The notes beneath the pieces were generated by a model that saw nothing but the letters and a program-made list of their open reading frames with translations, did no database searches and had not been told where the DNA came from. A stretch of 64,000 bases of DNA from a virus: the IMG/VR virus record IMGVR_UViG_3300021373_000005; one strand, given 5' to 3'. This document shows, in pieces, positions 39,202 through 46,213 of this stretch (its first letter is position 1; each line of letters starts with the position of its first letter). A program made the translations under genes and the position numbers.

Positions 39202-39765
39202 TTAAGCAACTTCAGTCGCATTCCACCATTCAGGTATATCACGTTTTGACCATGTCATACTAAAACGATTTTGCTTTGTATGATAAAACGCACGGTATGA
39301 TTCTACCGCATTTTCAGATATGCACTCTGGGTTTGATGCCATCGCAAGTCTGAATGGTGTTCTTTTATTTGACCTCTTTATATTTTCAGGAGGTGCCTTT
39401 AAGGCGTTTCTTAATTTGTTGTCGGTTGCATGTATCTTTCCATACCTATGTGTATATTCATCACACAATGCAACAAAATGTTTATAGTGCCAATTATAGT
39501 TGGCGGTATTTTCTCTTGTCCAAATAGTACACGGATGATTGAAATGACATGCTTTATACAGTGTCCTTTCTCTTTCTTTATCTTCAAGATAAAAATATTG
39601 TAGCATAGAACCACTTCTTGAAGGTCTACGTTCCATTATACCGTCTAACATACGATGAGTTGTTGAAAGCATCTGTGCAGATTCAATAACCATCTTAACA
39701 ACATGTTTATCACATTGCTGTTGTGCAGCTAATATCGGATCTTCATCTAAAATAAATAAATTCAT
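39202..39765 (-). CDS. Pyrimidine-dimer DNA glycosylase / endonuclease V-like family protein
   Basis: MNLFILDEDP..AAQ..CDKHVVKM..ESAQMLST and H.NHPCTIW.RE...NY.W; true ATG at 39765, downstream of a promoter. Confidence 0.7.
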   Translation of the reverse strand: MNLFILDEDPILAAQQQCDKHVVKMVIESAQMLSTTHRMLDGIMERRPSRSGSMLQYFYLEDKERERTLYKACHFNHPCTIWTRENTANYNWHYKHFVALCDEYTHRYGKIHATDNKLRNALKAPPENIKRSNKRTPFRLAMASNPECISENAVESYRAFYHTKQNRFSMTWSKRDIPEWWNATEVA

Positions 39766-39772
39766 AGTGTCT

Positions 39773-39801
39773 ATTATATCAAAAGTTAAACTAAATGTCA
39801 A
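39773..39801 (-). promoter_or_regulatory. Sigma70-type early promoter overlapping the end of the upstream ORF
   Basis: TTGACA-N17-TATAAT; the -35 lies in the codons for TIDI* of 39791-40078. Confidence 0.8.
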
Positions 39802-40078
39802 TAGTAAAAAAGCCTATTTCTTCAACACGGGCTTTTATGTATTCAGAAGCTTGTTCTAAACCTTTAATCAGCGATGCTATATCTTCTTTATGATACTCTG
39901 CAAATTTATCTACTCCAGGTAATTTATAGCTTTCTAAATCACGGTCAATTAATTCTTTCCAAGTATGTACTTCTTCCCATTCAGGCTCGCAATGGTCTTC
40001 AACATATATAGATTTTAAAATACCTTCCGGCCGAATCCAAGTACTATAATCAATCTCAAGCTCAACCTTCATATTCAA
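39791..40078 (-). CDS. Hypothetical protein
   Basis: 95 aa, coupled to the upstream ORF. Confidence 0.6.
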   Translation of the reverse strand: MNMKVELEIDYSTWIRPEGILKSIYVEDHCEPEWEEVHTWKELIDRDLESYKLPGVDKFAEYHKEDIASLIKGLEQASEYIKARVEEIGFFTIDI

Positions 40079-40280
40079 TTCCTAAGTGTTCACCTTTACT
40101 AAAATGATAGCCCATTGATATCATAAATTTTTCTAATACTTCAATCATATCATCTTTGCCCAAATCTTTTTCCATTATGTCAATGGTGATTCGCGTATTA
40201 ATTGAACTTTTATCTTCGTATGGATGGCATATCAATTGAATATACGGTTTCTCTTCAGCAGGTTTATGATTCCACGTCAT
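40062..40280 (-). CDS. Hypothetical protein
   Basis: GGAAAGG RBS; 72 aa. Confidence 0.6.
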   Translation of the reverse strand: MTWNHKPAEEKPYIQLICHPYEDKSSINTRITIDIMEKDLGKDDMIEVLEKFMISMGYHFSKGEHLGIEYEG

Positions 40281-40304
40281 TTACCTTTCCTCTTGTTATT
40301 AATT

Positions 40305-40391
40305 TGGTACCGCGAGTCGGACTTGAACCGACAAGGCCGTTAAGCCGAGGGATTTTAAGTCCCTTGTGTTTACCAATTTCACCACCGCGGC
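40305..40391 (-). tRNA. tRNA-Leu(UAA)
   Basis: GCCGCGG acceptor 5' strand, AGGGA-CTTAAAA-TCCCT anticodon arm, long variable arm, GGTTCAAGTCC T-arm, encoded CCA; 87 nt. Confidence 0.95.
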
Positions 40392-40426
40392 AAAAAGCTA
40401 AAGAAAAGCCTATCAGACGACAGGCT
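40392..40426 (-). terminator. Probable Rho-independent terminator just upstream of tRNA-Leu
   Basis: - strand AGCCTGTC-GTCT-GATAGGCT followed by TTTCTTT. Confidence 0.55.
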
Positions 40427-40448
40427 CTTCAGATTTGGTCAGAACGAC

Positions 40449-40724
40449 CTATGATGCGTTAAGCATGGTGGCTGGGACTCTCCAAGTACCTTGAGGAGTC
40501 GAAACCTTAATGTTCTTTTGCATTACTTTTTCAACAACTCCGGAGATTTTTTCTCCTGACCTATTTACGAAGAATACGGAATCTCCAGTTGAGAAGTTTC
40601 CTGTTGCCATTTGAGCAACGTTAGTTTGATGTTGCTTGAACAAAGAAGCAACCATTTTAAAATCACCACCTTCCATCTTAGAGAACAAAGTGTTGATTTG
40701 CGAGATTTCAGTTTTAGTTAACAT
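40449..40724 (-). CDS. Hypothetical protein with SH3/KOW-like C-terminus
   Basis: TGDSVFFVNRSGEKISGVVEKVMQKNIKV...WRVPATML beta pattern; has its own promoter. Confidence 0.6.
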   Translation of the reverse strand: MLTKTEISQINTLFSKMEGGDFKMVASLFKQHQTNVAQMATGNFSTGDSVFFVNRSGEKISGVVEKVMQKNIKVSTPQGTWRVPATMLNAS

Positions 40725-40755
40725 AATATATTTCCTTTTTCCAATTTATAGAACT

Positions 40756-40784
40756 ATTATACTATAGTTTCTTTATGATGTCAA
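40756..40784 (-). promoter_or_regulatory. Sigma70-type early promoter
   Basis: TTGACA-N17-TATAAT. Confidence 0.85.
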
Positions 40785-40792
40785 TAGTTTTT

Positions 40793-40984
40793 TTAAGAAA
40801 TTTCATTTTCTTGAGAATAACGAATTTCAGCCAAATCAACTTTAAGCTCAGAAATCATTGCCAAAGTTTCAGGAGGGAAATAATCCTTCCCAAGGTGGCT
40901 GTTAAGAGATAACATTGCTGTTTCAGCTTCTTGTAAAGCTATTACCTTTCGGTCGATGTTTTGAACGTTTTCCATATTTTCCAT
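40793..40984 (-). CDS. Hypothetical protein
   Basis: 63 aa downstream of the promoter at 41009-41037. Confidence 0.55.
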   Translation of the reverse strand: MENMENVQNIDRKVIALQEAETAMLSLNSHLGKDYFPPETLAMISELKVDLAEIRYSQENEIS

Positions 40985-41008
40985 CTCTGTTTCAATTATT
41001 GAATGTAT

Positions 41009-41037
41009 ATTATGGCAGGTTTATCTTGAAATGTCAA
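41009..41037 (-). promoter_or_regulatory. Sigma70-type promoter
   Basis: TTGACA-N17-CATAAT. Confidence 0.75.
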
Positions 41038-41073
41038 CAACTTTTTTCAGTTATTTTTAGAACTTTTTGTTAT

Positions 41074-41126
41074 ATCATTTGTGATTATTATTCACTCTAA
41101 AATGTCCTCTAGTAATCACAAATGAT
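41074..41126. repeat. Perfect 14-bp inverted repeat, 25-bp spacer
   Basis: ATCATTTGTGATTA (41074-41087) / TAATCACAAATGAT (41113-41126) in the divergent intergenic region. Confidence 0.9.
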
Positions 41127-41213
41127 CATAGTATATTGTATCATATGCCAGAGTTTGGGCCTTTAGAAGTGCCAATTTAAGCTTTATGGTTTCGTATTGG
41201 TATGTTCATTGTG

Positions 41214-41221
41214 TATAAATA
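41214..41221 (+). promoter_or_regulatory. T4-type late promoter TATAAATA heading the csg-FecR-cyclase island
   Basis: Exact consensus 5 nt upstream of ATG 41227. Confidence 0.7.
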
Positions 41222-41226
41222 ACGGT

Positions 41227-41523
41227 ATGGAAGAAATATTTCAACTAATATCTGACGTTGGTTTACCTATTGCTGGCGCTCTTACAATGGGATTTTTTAT
41301 ATTCATTATTATTAAGCAAATCTTTGAAGGAATTATTGATAACATTGGTACACTAACAATGTTTGCCGAATCATTAGAGAACCGAGCAAGAACAATGTCA
41401 AATGAAATGGTCAAGATTGACCTTCTTGTTTCGAGTGCCTTAGGGTTAAACCCGGATATTGAAAGAGTGGCTCGTGCTGAAAATTTTGTTGAAGACGGAA
41501 AAGTTGACGTAAGAAGAGATTAA
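41227..41523 (+). CDS. Single-pass membrane protein with coiled coil (holin-like/YvrJ-like candidate)
   Basis: MEEIFQLISDVGLPIAGALTMGFFIFIII followed by an amphipathic helix; ATG 41227 preferred over the track start at 41197. Confidence 0.6.
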   Translation: MEEIFQLISDVGLPIAGALTMGFFIFIIIKQIFEGIIDNIGTLTMFAESLENRARTMSNEMVKIDLLVSSALGLNPDIERVARAENFVEDGKVDVRRD

Positions 41524-41527
41524 AATA

Positions 41528-41800
41528 ATGGACATTGCGAATTTAGTTAATGAGTACGGCTTTCCTGCTGTGATGGTGGTAGGACTTGGGTACTTTGTAT
41601 ATTTTGTTTGGAGGTTTGTAAACGACAAGCTTCAGCCGGAAATTGATAAGCAACACATGGCTTTGATTAGGTTGATTGATAGAATGAGAATGCTTGACCA
41701 GGATCTTATAAGATTACAACAAAAGGTTGATGTTGTTCTCAAGTATAAAGAAATAGAAGAATTGAAGAAAAAAGGTGATAAAGATGGACAACAAGACTGA
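41528..41800 (+). CDS. Single-pass membrane protein with coiled coil, probable paralog of the previous ORF
   Basis: LVNEYGFPAVMVVGLGYFVYFVW resembles the YvrJ-type GFP-TM pattern; coiled-coil tail. Confidence 0.6.
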   Translation: MDIANLVNEYGFPAVMVVGLGYFVYFVWRFVNDKLQPEIDKQHMALIRLIDRMRMLDQDLIRLQQKVDVVLKYKEIEELKKKGDKDGQQD

Positions 41801-42302
41801 TAAAGGTTTATTGTACTTAGGATGGTTTATTGTAATAATGTATCTGTTTTTAGCAGCAGGTAAAGCATACGGAGAACCTATCGTACACAAATTTAAAAAT
41901 CCAAGTTTCAGCGGTGTTGGAACTGGTGCTCATTATCTCACTATCGAGAATCAAGAACATTCACGTAAGAAAGCAATCAAAGATGCTCTTGAAGCTGCAG
42001 AAAGAGCTGCACAAAGAGAATTAGATAATTCTACTCTATCAAAGTTTATTCGTAACTTGGAAAGTAGAATTTATGCTCAGTTAGCAAAACAGTTAGTAGA
42101 CAATATGTTCTCTAACGATGATGCAGTAAGATTTGGATCTTTTACATTGGAAGGTTCAGTCGTAACATATGAAGTCATTACAAATGCAGACGGTACAGAA
42201 TTTATTAAGATGACAATCGTTGATGAGAATGGAACAACAACAGTAATTGAAATCCCAGTAGGTACAGGAAACTTTGGAAGTGAGAATCCAGATGGCGGCT
42301 AA
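41784..42302 (+). CDS. csgF: Curli assembly component CsgF-like
   Basis: Signal peptide ending AYG, then EPIVHKFKNPSFSG (compare CsgF GTMTFQFRNPNFGG); LESRIYAQLAKQL; adjacent to csgG. Confidence 0.8.
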   Translation: MDNKTDKGLLYLGWFIVIMYLFLAAGKAYGEPIVHKFKNPSFSGVGTGAHYLTIENQEHSRKKAIKDALEAAERAAQRELDNSTLSKFIRNLESRIYAQLAKQLVDNMFSNDDAVRFGSFTLEGSVVTYEVITNADGTEFIKMTIVDENGTTTVIEIPVGTGNFGSENPDGG

Positions 42303-43254
42303 ATTATTATCTGCATTTCTGTCAACATTAATTTTAGCAAGTTGTGCACAAATGCCACAATGGTCGGAAGGACCTGCGAATTGTGAATACGGACAAGGAA
42401 GATTTGCACAAGGATTTAATACCGATTTTGATAATGATGGTATTATAAATGATGATGCTTTAAGTTTTGGAAAACAACTATATACCGGTACTCGTAAGTA
42501 TATTGAAACAAAACAGATTTGTATAGAACAACCTGAGGTTGTAAAGTTACCTGCATATATTGATTTACTGAATTTACCACCTGCAGAAAATATGCCTGTG
42601 GTTGCTGTTTACAATTTTATAGATAAAACAGGTCAAAGAAAGGATTCAGTTACAGGACAAAGTTTCTCCACTGCGGTAACACAAGGTGGAACAGAATTAT
42701 TAATAGACGCTCTGAAAACGGCAGGTGGTGGAACCTGGTTCAGAGTTGTAGAAAGACAAGGGATTGATGCTCTTGTTAGAGAAAGACAGATTATTCGTTC
42801 AGGCCGTGATGAAGCGGCAAAGAAACTGGGCGAAGAACCAAAAGGTGTCGGACCATTATTATTCGCAGGAATGATAATTGAAGGAGGCATCATTGGTTAT
42901 GATAGTAATGTAAAAACCGGAGGCCGCGGAGCTAGAACTTTAGGTATTAGCTTTAGCCGTCAGTATCGTCAAGATGTAGTCACAGTATCTGTGCGTGCAG
43001 TTTCGGTTCTTACAGGTGAGATATTATTAAATGTCCAAGCAAAGAAATCAATACTGAGTTACGGCTCAGGAGGAGACGTCTTCCGCTTTATAGAGCAAGG
43101 AACTCAATTGATTGAATACGAGGACGGACTTGGAAATAATGAGAGTGTGACATATGCGGTACGAACAGCAATTGAAGCTGCCGTGCTAGAGATGGTATAC
43201 CAGGGCGACCAACGTGGCTTCTGGACTATTAACAATAAAATAGAGGAAGAATAA
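42292..43254 (+). CDS. csgG: Curli secretion channel CsgG (outer-membrane lipoprotein)
   Basis: Lipobox LAS-C18; VAVYNFIDKTGQ, FSTAVTQG, WFRVVERQG...L.RERQIIR, EGGIIGYDSNVKTGG.GAR, TGEILL.V...K.ILS, VFRFI, NESV - all collinear with E. coli CsgG. Confidence 0.93.
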   Translation: MAAKLLSAFLSTLILASCAQMPQWSEGPANCEYGQGRFAQGFNTDFDNDGIINDDALSFGKQLYTGTRKYIETKQICIEQPEVVKLPAYIDLLNLPPAENMPVVAVYNFIDKTGQRKDSVTGQSFSTAVTQGGTELLIDALKTAGGGTWFRVVERQGIDALVRERQIIRSGRDEAAKKLGEEPKGVGPLLFAGMIIEGGIIGYDSNVKTGGRGARTLGISFSRQYRQDVVTVSVRAVSVLTGEILLNVQAKKSILSYGSGGDVFRFIEQGTQLIEYEDGLGNNESVTYAVRTAIEAAVLEMVYQGDQRGFWTINNKIEEE

Positions 43255-43988
43255 TGAAAAAAATATTAGGCCTATCTTTATTATGTTTATTCTCTTTCAA
43301 TAGTTTAGTGTTTGCGCAAGCAACTGATGACAATGAAATCAACATCGAACAGGATGGTGATACTCTTACTTTGTATATTGACCAATATGGTTATGGTAAC
43401 AAAATAGGATTGGATAATTTCAGTTCAAGCTCAAGTGCTATGCCTATTACTGGTTCATCGTTAACATTTAACATTGACCAAATAGGAAATGAAAACTTGT
43501 TCTTTGGTACTTATGTCGGTGACAGTACAACTGTTAACGCTTTATTTACTGGAGATTCTAACTCTTGGGATTGGAACGTAGGTTATATTGGTTCATCTGA
43601 TACTTCAACAATTGATGTTGATATTACTGGTGATTCAAATACTATGGACTTTGACCAAGGTTATAACGCAAGTGCTGAAAGATTAGATCTTGACTTAACA
43701 GTTATTGGAGACAGTAACATTTTTGATGTTGACATTGATGTCGACGACGCAATATGGAATATGGATATTACTGGTGGAAGTAATAATATTAATACATTAC
43801 AGAAGGACGGTGCTGAGCATGAAATTAACTTGACTCACGTTGGTTCATCTGCTGATATTGATATTAACCAAATCAGTGGTACTTGTCCTACAGGTGTTTC
43901 TACTTGTAATGGAATAATTACTTTGGACATAGATTCTGAAAATGCGACAATTCAAATTAATCAGAAAGACAGTTCAAACGACTCTTAA
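43254..43988 (+). CDS. Secreted curlin-like beta-repeat protein 1
   Basis: Signal peptide ending VFA; repeats NEINIEQDG, IDQYGYGN, IDQIGNEN, GDSN; C-terminal Cys pair. Confidence 0.65.
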   Translation: MKKILGLSLLCLFSFNSLVFAQATDDNEINIEQDGDTLTLYIDQYGYGNKIGLDNFSSSSSAMPITGSSLTFNIDQIGNENLFFGTYVGDSTTVNALFTGDSNSWDWNVGYIGSSDTSTIDVDITGDSNTMDFDQGYNASAERLDLDLTVIGDSNIFDVDIDVDDAIWNMDITGGSNNINTLQKDGAEHEINLTHVGSSADIDINQISGTCPTGVSTCNGIITLDIDSENATIQINQKDSSNDS

Positions 43989-45111
43989 TTTAATTCTGTG
44001 TTCGACACTGCTACTTACTTCGGGAGTGGCATTGTCGAGCTCGGATCCTATTGGAGCAATCGTTGAACATAAAGGTTCAGCTTCTTTAATTAGAGAAGCA
44101 GGTGAAGAGCTTGTTGTTTCTGGTGCATTTGTTCCAGAAGTTGAAATGAACGACACGGCCGAAACTGAGAATGGCCGAATGCTTATTCAGTTCCTTGATA
44201 AAGCAGAACTCAGTTTAACAGAAAACACAAAGGTATACATAGACAAAGTATACTACGACCCAGATCCAAGTAAATCAAAAATGACAATGCGTATGGCATT
44301 AGGCACAGCTCGATTTGCGTCTGGTCGTTTAGGAATGGTCAATAAGAATAACATTGACATTTCAACACCCACGGCAACGGTATCAGTTCGTGGAACAGAT
44401 TTCACAACAACCATTGATGAGTTAGGAAGATCACTTGTAATACTTTTGCCTGACCAATATGGTAATCCTTCAGGTATTATTGACGTAACAAACAACGGTG
44501 GGACAATAAGATTAGAGGAAGCCTACGCTGCCACAATGGTAAGTAGTCTCGATACTCCACCTACAAGACAAATCACAATGCAAGGTATTACACCTTCTAT
44601 GATTGATAATATGTTTATTGTATCACCACCTCCTGAAGTAAAGGAAGCTATTGAGGAGGAAATACAAGATGATGCAAACCAAGACCAAGGATTACTTGAT
44701 ATAGATTTCTTAGAGTTTGATGGATTGGATATTGATTATCTTGAAGATGATGCATTAGAATTTTCAGAGCTTGACATTGATTATCTTGATGTTGATTTTT
44801 TAACAGACTTATTGGATGTAGTTGAAGAACTTGTAAAGACAACCGTTAAACTTGACGATAGTGCAATCGCAGGTTCTTCATTAGGGGCAGAGTTGCGTGG
44901 AGCAACTTTTGGATTAAATGCAGATTCACAATATAACATTTTTGAACAAAGTGGAAGGATTGTATTTTATAGAGATGTAAATGGTGTTATTAATATTTCT
45001 TTAGCATCTGATGCATCCGTAAAGATTGACACTTCAGTTGACGGATACGAAGGAATTATTGACCTCAACCAAGGACAAAATTCTATTATTATAATTAGAC
45101 AAGGAGGATAA
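43942..45111 (+). CDS. Periplasmic FecR-domain protein with acidic C-terminal region
   Basis: Signal peptide; ETENGRMLIQFLDKAELSLTENTKVYID...GTARF...TPTATVSVRGTDF is the FecR pattern. Confidence 0.8.
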   Translation: MRQFKLIRKTVQTTLNLILCSTLLLTSGVALSSSDPIGAIVEHKGSASLIREAGEELVVSGAFVPEVEMNDTAETENGRMLIQFLDKAELSLTENTKVYIDKVYYDPDPSKSKMTMRMALGTARFASGRLGMVNKNNIDISTPTATVSVRGTDFTTTIDELGRSLVILLPDQYGNPSGIIDVTNNGGTIRLEEAYAATMVSSLDTPPTRQITMQGITPSMIDNMFIVSPPPEVKEAIEEEIQDDANQDQGLLDIDFLEFDGLDIDYLEDDALEFSELDIDYLDVDFLTDLLDVVEELVKTTVKLDDSAIAGSSLGAELRGATFGLNADSQYNIFEQSGRIVFYRDVNGVINISLASDASVKIDTSVDGYEGIIDLNQGQNSIIIIRQGG

Positions 45112-45119
45112 ATAATATT

Positions 45120-45905
45120 ATGAAAGACGAAAATGAAAAAAGAGCGTGGGAGATGTTTCGTAAATCAATCGGCCCACACATTTGGACTAGTAATGATTTA
45201 TTCGTATTCTTTGGCGCAGGATTGTTATTTGGTATTCTAATGACCTTGCCATTAGTTGCTTTAGCAGATAATGTAATAACAATAGAACAAACTGGTGATA
45301 ATTTAAATTTAGAGATTCAGCAATACGGTGCTGATAACGAAATTAAAATGTTGGACCAATATTCGTATATTAATGCATCGTCACTTGATTTATTAGTTGT
45401 TCAATATAATACCACAGGTCTTGATAACACAATAGTATTTGATGAAATCAGTGGAACAGGTAATGAAATTAAATTAGGTCAAGGTGTTGCTTTTGATAAC
45501 ACCACACAAGGTTGGAACTATGATGGTGCCGAAGGCGGTGGTCATTATATGGAAATAGATTTATATGGTAATGATAACTTTGTTGAATGGCATCAAACAA
45601 ATCAAAGTGATGCAACTGACGGACATGATTTTAACTTACATGTTGCTGGGTCCGATAATTGGATAGATGGAAGACAACAATCTTCAGGTGCAAAAGAAGC
45701 AAACATTACACTTTACAATTCAGACAATACTTTAACATTCAGACAAAAAGGTGCCAACGCAAACCATACAGCAAATATTACTTTAGACGGTATTTACGGA
45801 ACGGATGCGCTTATCAGACAAAATAGCACAACCAATCAAACATATAACTTATCAGTGGATTGTTATACAGTTGGTGGTTGCTCAGTAAGTGTGTTACAAG
45901 AATAA
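45120..45905 (+). CDS. Secreted curlin-like beta-repeat protein 2
   Basis: Hydrophobic leader ending ALA; repeats NVITIEQTG, IQQYGADN, LYGNDN..WHQ, VAGSDN...RQ, RQKG; C-terminal Cys pair. Confidence 0.65.
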   Translation: MKDENEKRAWEMFRKSIGPHIWTSNDLFVFFGAGLLFGILMTLPLVALADNVITIEQTGDNLNLEIQQYGADNEIKMLDQYSYINASSLDLLVVQYNTTGLDNTIVFDEISGTGNEIKLGQGVAFDNTTQGWNYDGAEGGGHYMEIDLYGNDNFVEWHQTNQSDATDGHDFNLHVAGSDNWIDGRQQSSGAKEANITLYNSDNTLTFRQKGANANHTANITLDGIYGTDALIRQNSTTNQTYNLSVDCYTVGGCSVSVLQE

Positions 45906-46213
45906 TGGAATTAGATATTTACGGAAACCCAGTAGGAACAGTATATCGAGAAGATGTATGTCCGCCTGAATTAGTTTGTGTTCCAAGAGAAACTTTAGAT
46001 GAAATGTTATACGGTGTCGATATGGAATATGTCGAAGAAACTGGAACAATCCAACCAATGGGTGACGCCGAAGCAATTATTGATTTCACAACAGATTTAT
46101 TATTTTTAGATATTTGGACTATCTTAAACATGGCAGTCCCTCTTACTATATTTGCTGTTTATGGTTTGACATTATATGCAGCAGTAAAGTATATTCAAAA
46201 GAAGTTTAGTTAA
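45905..46213 (+). CDS. Small protein with C-terminal membrane segment
   Basis: ATG 45905 overlaps the upstream TAA; abuts the cyclase gene. Confidence 0.6.
   Translation: MELDIYGNPVGTVYREDVCPPELVCVPRETLDEMLYGVDMEYVEETGTIQPMGDAEAIIDFTTDLLFLDIWTILNMAVPLTIFAVYGLTLYAAVKYIQKKFS

Noticed and set aside
41074-41126. Canonical CRP binding site
   Set aside because: The TGTGA and TCACA half-sites are 31 bp apart instead of 6; kept only as an unexplained inverted repeat.
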